Of a stretch of DNA of 64,000 nucleotides, positions 36,564 to 45,641 are shown piece by piece. The stretch comes from Candidatus Saccharimonadales bacterium (GTDB lineage Bacteria; Patescibacteriota; Saccharimonadia; Saccharimonadales; UBA10212). Within the stretch, counting starts at the first letter, position 1. Each line of letters opens with the position of its first letter. The stretch lies in assembly GCA_038245195.1 (NCBI GenBank), contig JBBRSU010000002.1, forward strand, positions 35,091-99,090. The letters are read 5' to 3'. The notes beneath the pieces were generated by a model. It was not told where the DNA came from and did not search any database. It was given only the letters and a program-made list of their open reading frames with translations. A program made the position numbers and the translations under genes.

Positions 36564-38159
36564 CTAGCCGACAACTCGGTAGACTTCTTCAATAGTTGTT
36601 AAGCCGGCAATGGCTTTTAAGACTCCGTCGTGAAGCATGGTACGCATGCCCTCTTCTACTGCTTTGGCTTGGAGCATTTCGGTGGTGATTTGGTTTGGTG
36701 ACAAGCGAAGCAGTTGTTGAACACCATTAGTCATTTGTAGTTGTTCGCGCAAAGCCAGTTGACCAGAATAGCCGAAGGGGTTTGCGGTTGAAGCGGCAGG
36801 TTTATAAAGAGTTAGATTGTCTAGATTTGGTTTTTGAATATGTTGTGGCATACCGTCGATCACGGCTTTAATCTGAGCTTTGAGGGCCGAATCAGGCTGA
36901 TAGGCCTGTTTACTATCGGCGTCCAGGCGACGAACCAGTCGTTGAGCCATCACCAGGTGCATTGCACTGGCAAACAGCGGATTGATTCCAACCATATCCA
37001 GCATCCGGGTCAAAGCGGCTGCCGCACTGGAGGCGTGAAATGTGCTTAGTACTAAATGGCCTGTTAGAGCACCTTGCAAAGCGGTCTTAGCAGTATCTTG
37101 GTCCCTTATTTCGCCCACCATAACCACATCGGGGTCCAAGCGTAGCACCGCCCTTAGCCGTTCGGCAAAATCATGGCCCTCCAGCTCGCCCTCAACTGGG
37201 ATTTGGACTACTCCGGGTAGATTGTACTCAACCGGATCTTCTAGGGTAATTATTTTTCGTTCAGGAGTATTTAAAGTGCTAATTAATGAATAAAGTGTAG
37301 TTGTCTTACCGGACCCAGTCGGGCCAACAATTAGCACCATGCCAGTGGGGTGCTGAATAATATCATTAACCACGGCGGTTTCTTGCCCGCTCAAGCCTAG
37401 ACTACTAAGGTTCAATAGCTCTAGGTTCATATTAAACAGTCGCATCACCACGTCCATGCCGTAGACCGTTGGAACAGTTTCAACTCTAAGATTTATGGTA
37501 ACTTCCTCACCGGTCGCCATTTTATATGCTCGGCTAATATGGCCGGTTTGAGGATCTTTTTCTTGAGTCGAAATATTGGCAGCACTGGCCAAGCTGGCAC
37601 TAAGATGTCGATATTTTTCATGGCTAATATAGGCGACGGGGTGTAGCACTCCATCAACCCTAAACCGGGCCCGAATATTGTCCTTTTGGCACTCTAGGTG
37701 AATGTCGCTGGCTTTTAACTCGTAAGCTTGTTGGACCAAAAACGCCAACATATCATCGGGGCGGACTTTTTCCAGAGTTTGAGAAACTTCGTCGACAATT
37801 TTGGTTTGATCATTCCCACTGATGCTAATATCTTCGTACTCGACTTTTTTAGGCGGATCGTACAGTACCATATATTCGCGATAGCCGGTCTCAGAGATAA
37901 TTGAGAATTCTAAGCGTTGGTCGGTAAATCGACGGGTTAGGTTATTAAGCGTTTGTTGAGAAGTTGTGGTAGTTATACCGAAGTGAATATTATGTTCATC
38001 GGCAGTCAATGGAATGGCTCTAAAATTTCGTAGCTCGTCAAGGTTTAGCACGTTTTTAAAAAGTTGTTTTTGAAGTTTTGAACTATCTACATAGCTCATT
38101 CCCAAAACCGCCGCTCGATGAGCGGTGATTTGTTCTTCCTGAGTCCTAGCATCTTGCAT
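36564..38159 (-). CDS. GspE/PilB-family type IV pilus / type II secretion assembly ATPase
   Basis: 531 aa with an N-terminal GSPII_E-type domain, Walker A GPTGSGKTT, an Asp box, Walker B DPDVVMVGEIRD and a His box LSTFHA. The usual C-terminal tetracysteine positions are not Cys. Confidence 0.9.
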   Translation of the reverse strand: MQDARTQEEQITAHRAAVLGMSYVDSSKLQKQLFKNVLNLDELRNFRAIPLTADEHNIHFGITTTTSQQTLNNLTRRFTDQRLEFSIISETGYREYMVLYDPPKKVEYEDISISGNDQTKIVDEVSQTLEKVRPDDMLAFLVQQAYELKASDIHLECQKDNIRARFRVDGVLHPVAYISHEKYRHLSASLASAANISTQEKDPQTGHISRAYKMATGEEVTINLRVETVPTVYGMDVVMRLFNMNLELLNLSSLGLSGQETAVVNDIIQHPTGMVLIVGPTGSGKTTTLYSLISTLNTPERKIITLEDPVEYNLPGVVQIPVEGELEGHDFAERLRAVLRLDPDVVMVGEIRDQDTAKTALQGALTGHLVLSTFHASSAAAALTRMLDMVGINPLFASAMHLVMAQRLVRRLDADSKQAYQPDSALKAQIKAVIDGMPQHIQKPNLDNLTLYKPAASTANPFGYSGQLALREQLQMTNGVQQLLRLSPNQITTEMLQAKAVEEGMRTMLHDGVLKAIAGLTTIEEVYRVVG

Positions 38160-38230
38160 GTACCTCTATTAAAACATAAGCGGATAGTTTAGCGATAGAC
38201 TGATAAAGCTACCGGTTGTAGACTTATCAA

Positions 38231-38725
38231 ATGACGAAAGTCGATTTGGTGGTTTATAACGTCCGCTCGGCCCACAATGTTGGTAGTTTGCTAAGAACCG
38301 CCGACGGGCTAGGTATTAACCAGGTTTGGTTGTGTGGCTATACTCCCTACCCAGCTAGCCCAGACGATGAGCGGTTGCCTCACGAGGCTAAGAAAATTAC
38401 TGAACAGATTCATAAAACGGCTTTGGGTGCCGAAGATAGCATTAAATGGCAGAGGCTTTCCAGATTGGAGGACTGCTTTGAAATGTTAAAACAGCGAGGA
38501 TACCATTTAGCAGCTCTGGAGCAAACTAAGTCTGCTCAGCAGCTCAAGGACTTCAGACCACCCGCAAAGTTAGCTTTAATAGTTGGCAATGAAGTTGCCG
38601 GGTTAGATAAAGCTATTTTAAATATTGTCGATAGTCACCTAATAATACCTATGCACGGGCAGAAAGAATCATTTAACGTATCAGTGGCCGCCGCCATTGC
38701 TTTGTACCATTTAATTAATCTCTGA
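38231..38725 (+). CDS. SpoU/TrmH-family RNA 2'-O-methyltransferase
   Basis: 164 aa: NVGSLLRTADGLG, LIVGNEVAGL and IPMHGQKESFNVSVAAAIALY, which are SPOUT motifs. Confidence 0.85.
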   Translation: MTKVDLVVYNVRSAHNVGSLLRTADGLGINQVWLCGYTPYPASPDDERLPHEAKKITEQIHKTALGAEDSIKWQRLSRLEDCFEMLKQRGYHLAALEQTKSAQQLKDFRPPAKLALIVGNEVAGLDKAILNIVDSHLIIPMHGQKESFNVSVAAAIALYHLINL

Positions 38726-38729
38726 AACC

Positions 38730-38758
38730 TAGACAAACAAACAGCTTAAGTTTAAAAT
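38730..38758 (+). promoter_or_regulatory. Candidate promoter of the CAP-domain gene (TAGACA-17-TAAAAT), with the -10 ending 8 nt before the ATG
   Basis: TAGACA is at 38730-38735, followed by a 17-nt spacer and TAAAAT at 38753-38758, then ATAGCTAA and ATG 38767. There is no Shine-Dalgarno sequence. Confidence 0.5.
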
Positions 38759-38766
38759 ATAGCTAA

Positions 38767-39801
38767 ATGGCTAAAATAAAAAAATACGGTTCAGATAGTC
38801 ATAAAGCCCGTCCCAGGGGAATCAATCGGCACGCCTTCGAACGGGTTTACTGGCCCTATATACCAATTGTCCTAGCAATCAGCTTGTTGTTAGTAGCCGG
38901 TGGGCGAGGTGGTGCTTTGCAAGCGGCTTACCATCATCCGTTTGGTAAAGTTTTAAGTTATTCAACCAGCATGGGAATAGATGCTTTGCTAAGCGATACA
39001 AATTCGCAACGGTCTGCCAATGGGGTTGCCGGACTGAGCCTCAATTCGAAACTTGATGCTGCCGCTCAAGCCAAAGCTGATGATATGGCCACCCGAAATT
39101 ATTGGAGCCACTACACACCCGAGGGCAATCCGCCCTGGATTTTCGTAAATGACCAAAGCTACTCTTACCAAAAATTAGGGGAAAATCTAGCCACCGGATT
39201 CAGCGACGAACAGTCGACCATAAACGGCTGGATGGCTAGCCCGCCACACCGAGAAAATTTATTAAATCCAGCGTTTAGTGAAGTTGGTTTCGGGTATGCC
39301 AATAACCCAGATTACACGGCTGCTGGTGGAGGCCCAATGACAATCGTGGTAGCTTTTTATGGTCAGCCACAAGTTTTAGGGGCTTCAACTACGGCAGCCG
39401 CTTCGCCCGCTAATAGTCCACCGGCAGCGGTAGTCCCAAACACCCCTGCTCCAAAAAGCTCAACAGCACCGGTTGCCCCCATAGAAGCACAGCCCGCAAC
39501 CCCAACCAAACAACCAGCCACCACTGCCACTCCTAAAAAGAATTTAGTATCACCGGTAAAAACCTCACATATTCAACTAGCCGCTCCAAAATTGGGCTAT
39601 GGGGCACTAATCACATCTCTGAGTATCATTACTGCACTAGGTCTAGGCGGTTTCTGGTTAAGCCGGCACTTACGAGCCCTTAAGAAGTTTTTACTAAACG
39701 GCGAGCGATATGCCATTGGACATCCGCTAACCGATTTGGGCTTAGCCATGATAGCCGCCCTTCTGTTTATCCTCAGTCAAACGGCTGGTCTAATTCAATA
39801 A
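38767..39801 (+). CDS. CAP/SCP (YkwD-like) domain protein with a Pro/Thr/Ala-rich linker and C-terminal TM helices
   Basis: 344 aa. It has an N-terminal TM helix and a CAP domain (LNSKLDAAAQAKADDMATRNYWSH...GWMASPPHRENLL). A PATP-rich stretch follows, then two hydrophobic C-terminal segments. Confidence 0.85.
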   Translation: MAKIKKYGSDSHKARPRGINRHAFERVYWPYIPIVLAISLLLVAGGRGGALQAAYHHPFGKVLSYSTSMGIDALLSDTNSQRSANGVAGLSLNSKLDAAAQAKADDMATRNYWSHYTPEGNPPWIFVNDQSYSYQKLGENLATGFSDEQSTINGWMASPPHRENLLNPAFSEVGFGYANNPDYTAAGGGPMTIVVAFYGQPQVLGASTTAAASPANSPPAAVVPNTPAPKSSTAPVAPIEAQPATPTKQPATTATPKKNLVSPVKTSHIQLAAPKLGYGALITSLSIITALGLGGFWLSRHLRALKKFLLNGERYAIGHPLTDLGLAMIAALLFILSQTAGLIQ

Positions 39802-39809
39802 TCCTTCTA

Positions 39810-42800
39810 CTATCTAACGACTACGTTTGTCGAACCAAATATTGTGGCTAGCTCGCGCAAACTTTCTTCGTTAATACTAATCATTTGGGGTAGCTTGATA
39901 ACCTGTTTATCGGAACTTTCACCAGTTACTAAAACCACCTCGGTCTCCCCAACATAGCCGTCTAGTTTTTGCTTTAGATCTAGAAGCTTAGGTTGGTCCT
40001 GGCTGTCTTCCAGCCTTATATATAATCTTTGCTTGATAATATTGGTGATTGGGTCAGAAACTGTAGCTTCCTCACTGTTCTCTGATTGATTATTAATATT
40101 TTTGGAATTTTCGAGATTAATGTCAGTAACATCCTCGACTAATATTTTCAGGTCTTCGTTGCGACTGAAATCAACTTTGCCTTTAGCGATAATTATATTA
40201 TCAACCCGCCAAAGTTCAATGGTTTTGGCATAGATTTTGGGAAAGACTATTAGCTCGCCCTCAGAATCCAAATCGGCCAATTTTACAAATGCCATTTTTG
40301 CACCTTTTTTAGTTGAGATTTCTCTAATCTGATTAATCGTACCGCCAACAGCCACCACCCGTCCATCTAGGGATTTGTTCAATGAACTCATGGCTGTAGC
40401 TCTTTTTTGTAATAAAGCTCGGTAGCTCTCCAGTGGATGGCTACTTAAATATATTCCCAGCAACTCTCTTTCCCAAGCTAATTGCATAGGTGTACTAAGA
40501 GGTGGCCCTTGCTGGTCCATCATTATTCTAACTGCCGCCGTTTCACCACTTTGACCACCAAATAAATCTACCTGGCCAGCACTTAAATCCCGTTGAAAGC
40601 GATTAGAGGCCGATAGTATACTATCGGTGTTATTTGCTAATAATCCGCGATCGCCGAAACTATCAAAGGCACCCGACTTAACTAAACTTTCTAGGGCTTT
40701 CTTATTTACGATCTGAGAGTTTACAGTCTTACAATAATCCGTTAGGTCGCAAAATTCACCACCGAGGGTTTGTCTGGCACGAAGTATCTCCTCGACTGCT
40801 CCATGACCAACATTTTTGATAGCGTCTAAGCCAAATCGGATTTGGCGAGTACCAGGGACTACCGCGAATTCATGGAAGGATTGGTTAATATCAGGAGCCA
40901 AAACCTCTATTGCCATTTTTTTACATTCAGTTATTTCGATTGCAAGCCGATCGATATTGTCATAATCGCTGGTCATCAAAGCCGCCATATAGGCCATTGG
41001 GTAATTGGCTTTTAGATAGGCGGTCTGATAAGCGATCAAGCCATAGCAGGCAGAGTGCACTTTATTAAAACCATAATCCGAAAAGGTTTCTATCTGAGCC
41101 CATATCTTTTCAGCAATTCTGGTGGTGGTCTGACTGTTTTTAATCATACCGCTAATAAAATCCTGCTTCATTTTAGCCATTGTTTCGCGCTGTTTTTTGC
41201 CAGCCGCTTTACGGAGTGTATCGGCCTGACCACCACTAAAGCCGCACATGTCCTTACTAATCTGCATAAACTGTTCTTGGTAGACTAAAACCCCATAAGT
41301 ATTCTTCAGTGAGGCTTCCATTTTAGGGTGGATATATTCAATTTTTCTGATGCCATGTTTTCTAGCAATAAAGTCATCGATAAACTGCATCGGTCCGGGC
41401 CGGTATAACGCAACCATAGCGATAATGTCCTCAAAGACCGTTGGCTTTAGCTGCTTTAAGTAGCGCTTCATGCCGGCCGACTCTAGCTGAAAAACGCCAG
41501 TTGTGTCGGCTCGCTGTAGTAGTTCAAAGGTTGGTTTATCGTTAAGTGGAATAGTGTTAATACTGATGTCTTCGCCGTCAACTTTTTTGATAATTCGGAG
41601 CGTATTTTTTATTGTCGTTAGGTTCGATAAGCCCAAAAAATCCATTTTTAGAAGGCCTAAATCTTCCACTGGCCCCATCGAGTACTGAGTAGCAATGACG
41701 CCTTTTTGGGCCATTTCTAAAGGTGTAAACTTAACAATCTCGTCCGGGGCTATAACCACCCCAGCAGCGTGAACTCCGTGGCTACGAATTGTGCCTTCTA
41801 ATTTTATAGCTAGATCGAAAACCTTTCTGGACTGCTTATTATCGGCATATTCACTTTTTAGCTCAGGGTTTTCCTTTATTGAGGTCTCGAGTGGAATATG
41901 TCGGCCCTGGACAGGTAGTGGGATCATTTTAGCCAATCTATCGGCCTCAGAATATGGTACTTGCAAAACCCTCGCGACGTCCCGAACCGAGTTGCGGGCT
42001 GCCATCCTTCCGAAGGTTACTATATTCGCGACCCTGTCGTCGCCATATTTTTCAATACAATATCGGATAACTTCATCGCGTCGGCTATCCTGTATATCGA
42101 TATCCATATCCGGCATACTTATGCGGTCTGGGTTTAAAAACCGTTCAAACAATAAATCGTATTTGAGGGGATCGATCTCCGTTATTCGTAGAGCGTAAGC
42201 CAAAATCGAACTTGCAGCACTGCCGCGGCCCGGACCAAAAACTATTCCTTTGTCCTTACCCCAATTTATAAAGTCCGAAACTATTAGAAAGTAGCCGTTA
42301 AAGCCCATTTTATTAACCACGCCGAGCTCGAATTCAGCTCGCTCGGTTACCTTCTTGGGGATCTTAGACTTAATTTCCGCGACGCTTTGGTTTTGGGTTT
42401 CAAAAGGGTTACTGGAGCCATATCGCCATGACAATCCTTGCCAAACTTTTTCCTCTAAATAGGTTTTTTCGTTTTGACCTTTAGGGGTTGGGAATTTAGG
42501 AATTAGGATCTGGCCAATTTCTAACTCTATGTTACAGCGCTCGGCTATCTGAGATGTATTTAATATTAATTCTGGGTAATCTTTACCCCATCTTTTAATA
42601 ATTTCTTGTGGCTCGGCCACTTGTAGTTCAAAATCTTTCAAAGAAAAACGTTGTTCATCGCTCAAAAATGAGCCAGTCTGGACGCAAAGTAGTATTTCGT
42701 GGGCTTCTTGGTCGTCGTGCATTAAATAGTGAGCATCACAGGTCAAAACTGCCGGAATATCTAACTCACTCGACAGTTTTAGTAGTTGTTGGTTAATTTT

Positions 42801-43409
42801 GATTTGCTCTTCCCATGGCTTAGGATGATCCTGGTGGCCGTGGTCCATAAGCTCAATATAGTATCTGTCACCAAACACTGTCTTATACCACTCGGCAGTT
42901 TTTTTAGCCATCTGATATTGGTCTTGTCGCAAAGCGTCGCTAACTTCGCCACCTATGCAACCGCTGAGTACAATCAAACCTTGGTTATAGCGCTCTAAAA
43001 GCTTATGGTCTATTCTTGGACGATAATAAAATCCATCTAAATTTGCTAGGCTAGATAGCTTCATCAAATTCTGATAGCCTATATTGTTCATGGCTAGCAA
43101 AGTTAGGTGATAGTACTGCCGGTCTTGGGCCGGGTCTTTGTCTTTATGACCACGAGGAGCGACATAGGCTTCCATGCCAATAATTGGCTTAGTGCTGTTT
43201 GCGTTCGCGGTTTTGTAAAATTCGATTACTCCACTCATTGTGCCATGGTCGGTTACAGCTACAGATTTCATTCCAAGGTCTTTAACTCGATTGATTAAAG
43301 CCGGAATTTTAGTTAAACCATCCAATAGGCTATATTGGGTATGGTTGTGTAGGTGTACAAAATCAGAGGTTTTCAAACTAATTCCTGGTTTGGGTCCCCT
43401 GGCTTTCAT
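39810..43409 (-). CDS. dnaE: DNA polymerase III subunit alpha
   Basis: 1199 aa with a PHP domain (HLHNHTQYSLLDG), the polymerase core (PDMDIDI, GLLKMDFLGL), an OB fold and a C-terminal domain. Confidence 0.97.
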   Translation of the reverse strand: MKARGPKPGISLKTSDFVHLHNHTQYSLLDGLTKIPALINRVKDLGMKSVAVTDHGTMSGVIEFYKTANANSTKPIIGMEAYVAPRGHKDKDPAQDRQYYHLTLLAMNNIGYQNLMKLSSLANLDGFYYRPRIDHKLLERYNQGLIVLSGCIGGEVSDALRQDQYQMAKKTAEWYKTVFGDRYYIELMDHGHQDHPKPWEEQIKINQQLLKLSSELDIPAVLTCDAHYLMHDDQEAHEILLCVQTGSFLSDEQRFSLKDFELQVAEPQEIIKRWGKDYPELILNTSQIAERCNIELEIGQILIPKFPTPKGQNEKTYLEEKVWQGLSWRYGSSNPFETQNQSVAEIKSKIPKKVTERAEFELGVVNKMGFNGYFLIVSDFINWGKDKGIVFGPGRGSAASSILAYALRITEIDPLKYDLLFERFLNPDRISMPDMDIDIQDSRRDEVIRYCIEKYGDDRVANIVTFGRMAARNSVRDVARVLQVPYSEADRLAKMIPLPVQGRHIPLETSIKENPELKSEYADNKQSRKVFDLAIKLEGTIRSHGVHAAGVVIAPDEIVKFTPLEMAQKGVIATQYSMGPVEDLGLLKMDFLGLSNLTTIKNTLRIIKKVDGEDISINTIPLNDKPTFELLQRADTTGVFQLESAGMKRYLKQLKPTVFEDIIAMVALYRPGPMQFIDDFIARKHGIRKIEYIHPKMEASLKNTYGVLVYQEQFMQISKDMCGFSGGQADTLRKAAGKKQRETMAKMKQDFISGMIKNSQTTTRIAEKIWAQIETFSDYGFNKVHSACYGLIAYQTAYLKANYPMAYMAALMTSDYDNIDRLAIEITECKKMAIEVLAPDINQSFHEFAVVPGTRQIRFGLDAIKNVGHGAVEEILRARQTLGGEFCDLTDYCKTVNSQIVNKKALESLVKSGAFDSFGDRGLLANNTDSILSASNRFQRDLSAGQVDLFGGQSGETAAVRIMMDQQGPPLSTPMQLAWERELLGIYLSSHPLESYRALLQKRATAMSSLNKSLDGRVVAVGGTINQIREISTKKGAKMAFVKLADLDSEGELIVFPKIYAKTIELWRVDNIIIAKGKVDFSRNEDLKILVEDVTDINLENSKNINNQSENSEEATVSDPITNIIKQRLYIRLEDSQDQPKLLDLKQKLDGYVGETEVVLVTGESSDKQVIKLPQMISINEESLRELATIFGSTNVVVR

Positions 43410-43416
43410 TAGTTTA

Positions 43417-43422
43417 ATTATA
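43417..43422 (-). promoter_or_regulatory. Consensus -10 box (TATAAT) ending 7 nt before the dnaE ATG
   Basis: Minus-strand read: AAGCTATAATTAAACTAATG. I found no convincing -35 and no Shine-Dalgarno sequence. Confidence 0.3.
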
Positions 43423-43484
43423 GCTTATATGACGACTCGAAAGTGGCCGCTCATGTAGTGAAAAATTATTTAACTTTGTTTATC

Positions 43485-43901
43485 TTAAGTCTTTAAGTAT
43501 TTGCCGAGATTTTTTACGGCTTGCTTTGCTTGTTTCACGGCTCTATTTAAATCTGGATCGTTGGCTTCACCATTCTTAACGGCCTTTAGGACCTGGGAAG
43601 ATTTATCTTGGGCATCCTTAGCTTTCATAACTGCTTCATTAAAATCAGCCCTGGCAGTCGAGCTAAGTGCCACAGTTTTTAGCTTAGTTGATTTAATCAA
43701 GTCTTTTAGCTCTAAGTTAAGTTCATCCAGTTGGTCCTCTACTGAGAGCTTTACATCATCGGCCTTAGAGGCAATATCGCCTCTAGTTTCTTTACCACTT
43801 TTAGGAGCCGTTAATATACCCGCTAGGTAGCCAGCTGCACCAGCTATGGCCGAGCCTATCGCTAGTTTTCGAACAGTGTTCTCTTTTCGTCTAAATGCCA
43901 T
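43485..43901 (-). CDS. YtxH-domain protein
   Basis: 138 aa with an N-terminal hydrophobic Gly-zipper segment (AIGSAIAGAAGYLAGILTAPKSGKETR), then helical Lys/Asp-rich repeats. Confidence 0.8.
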   Translation of the reverse strand: MAFRRKENTVRKLAIGSAIAGAAGYLAGILTAPKSGKETRGDIASKADDVKLSVEDQLDELNLELKDLIKSTKLKTVALSSTARADFNEAVMKAKDAQDKSSQVLKAVKNGEANDPDLNRAVKQAKQAVKNLGKYLKT

Positions 43902-43905
43902 TTAA

Positions 43906-44166
43906 TTAATCCTTTCTTTTACGGAATTTGGTGGTTTGCTCAACTATATTACCAATTAGTTTGAGGACTGCAAGCGGTGAGGCTGCTTTTTCGAAGGTGT
44001 TGGCAGCTGAAGCTACCGAGTCGGCAACGGTTTCGGCTTGCTCTGTAATCCTACGTAATTGCTTTAAGATTTTTACGACATAAACCATGGCTACTATTAA
44101 GACAACTAGAAACAGGGCTAATACCGAGCTAACAATTATTACTAAAACTTCAGACGCTGTATTCAT
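43906..44166 (-). CDS. Small membrane protein (DUF948-like)
   Basis: 86 aa with one N-terminal TM helix followed by an amphipathic helix. Pairing with a YtxH gene is a common arrangement. Confidence 0.7.
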   Translation of the reverse strand: MNTASEVLVIIVSSVLALFLVVLIVAMVYVVKILKQLRRITEQAETVADSVASAANTFEKAASPLAVLKLIGNIVEQTTKFRKRKD

Positions 44167-44216
44167 AGTTGCAGTATAAACCTATAATACTTCGGCTAGC
44201 AAATATGTTACTTATT

Positions 44217-45641
44217 TTACAGCCCAAGCTGTTTTTTTATGAGTTGTTGGGCTATTTGGGGATTAGCTTTTCCTTGACTATTAGCCATAACCTGTCCAAC
44301 CAAAAAACCAATAGCTTTTAGTTCACCGCTTTTTACGTCGTTAGCAGCTGATTGATTTTGAGTTAATACTTCGGTAACAATTCCGTTTAAATCTGCTTCG
44401 TCGGAAACTTGTGAATTATCAGATATTAATTTCGTAACATCACTGTCTGGATTCTTTATAAGCTTTTGTAATGCGTCGTTAGCTGCATTACTACTTAAAG
44501 TTTTTGATACTACGCTCTCGGCGACTTTGATATGATCTTGGACTCTTATTTTCAAAGTTGCCGAATTTTCGAGTGAGTCAAACGCCAATCGGCGGGCCAC
44601 TTCTTCATTTATTCCTAAGTTAAGAGCGGACGATAGTTTATTAAAAACCTCTGAATTGTCTAAGATGTCTTCGGCAACATTTTTAGTAATGCTTAACTTG
44701 TTAAGTATTCTACGGATTTCGCTGGGTAGTTTGGGTAGTTCAGATTTAATTCGATTAACCAGTTTTTGATCTAGTTCTATTGGTGGAATATCGGGTTCTG
44801 GCATGTACCGATAGTCGTGGGCTTCCTCTTTTCCCCGCTGTGGAATAGTTTTTTGAGTAGCTTCATCCCAACCTCGGGTTTCTTGAACTACCGCCTCACC
44901 TTTTTCGCTAAGTTCTATTTGTCTATCGATTTCGTAAGCTACTGCACTCTCTACGCTTCTAAAACTATTTAAGTTTTTAATCTCGGTTCGATTCCCAAAT
45001 CTACCGACTTGTTGGCTGACACTAATATTTACATCAAACCGCATATTTCCAAGGTATAAATCTACATCACTAACTTCGGCGTATTTCATAAGTAGGTAGA
45101 GCTCACGAGCAAAAGCTTTGGCTTCGACTGGCGAGGCTATTTCTGGCTCGCTAACAATTTCTAGCAGCGGCGTACCGGCTCGGTTTAAATCGACTAATGA
45201 GTAGTCGGTGCCGGCTGGGTGAGTATTTTTACCAGCGTCTTCTTCTAAATGGGCCCGAGTTATATTGATTTTTTTGATTATACCGTCGACTCGAATCTCA
45301 ACATAACCACCTTTAATAAACGGGTCTTCGTATTGGGTAATTTGGTAGCCCTTGGGTAAATCGGGGTAATAGTAGTGCTTGCGGTCAAATTTGCTAAATG
45401 TTTGTGGTGATGTATTAAGCGCAAAAGCTGCCCGGGTGGCTAACTCTAAGGCAGCTTGGTTCAGAACTGGCAAAGCTCCAGGCAGACCCACGTCTATATG
45501 GCTAATTAAGGTGTTTGGTTTAGCGTCTCTGGCATCATTAGACACTGCCGAGAACAGCTTGGTTTTGGTTTTGAGCTGTACATGACATTCGATGCCAATA
45601 ACCGGTGTATAAGTCTGTCGAATTTTATCAGACACAGCCAC
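44217..45641 (-). CDS. gatB: Asp/Glu-tRNA(Asn/Gln) amidotransferase subunit B
   Basis: 474 aa: VIGIECHVQLKT, RFDVNIS, and a C-terminal YqeY/GatB tail. The GTG start overlaps the orf134 stop by 1 nt. Confidence 0.95.
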   Translation of the reverse strand: MAVSDKIRQTYTPVIGIECHVQLKTKTKLFSAVSNDARDAKPNTLISHIDVGLPGALPVLNQAALELATRAAFALNTSPQTFSKFDRKHYYYPDLPKGYQITQYEDPFIKGGYVEIRVDGIIKKINITRAHLEEDAGKNTHPAGTDYSLVDLNRAGTPLLEIVSEPEIASPVEAKAFARELYLLMKYAEVSDVDLYLGNMRFDVNISVSQQVGRFGNRTEIKNLNSFRSVESAVAYEIDRQIELSEKGEAVVQETRGWDEATQKTIPQRGKEEAHDYRYMPEPDIPPIELDQKLVNRIKSELPKLPSEIRRILNKLSITKNVAEDILDNSEVFNKLSSALNLGINEEVARRLAFDSLENSATLKIRVQDHIKVAESVVSKTLSSNAANDALQKLIKNPDSDVTKLISDNSQVSDEADLNGIVTEVLTQNQSAANDVKSGELKAIGFLVGQVMANSQGKANPQIAQQLIKKQLGL

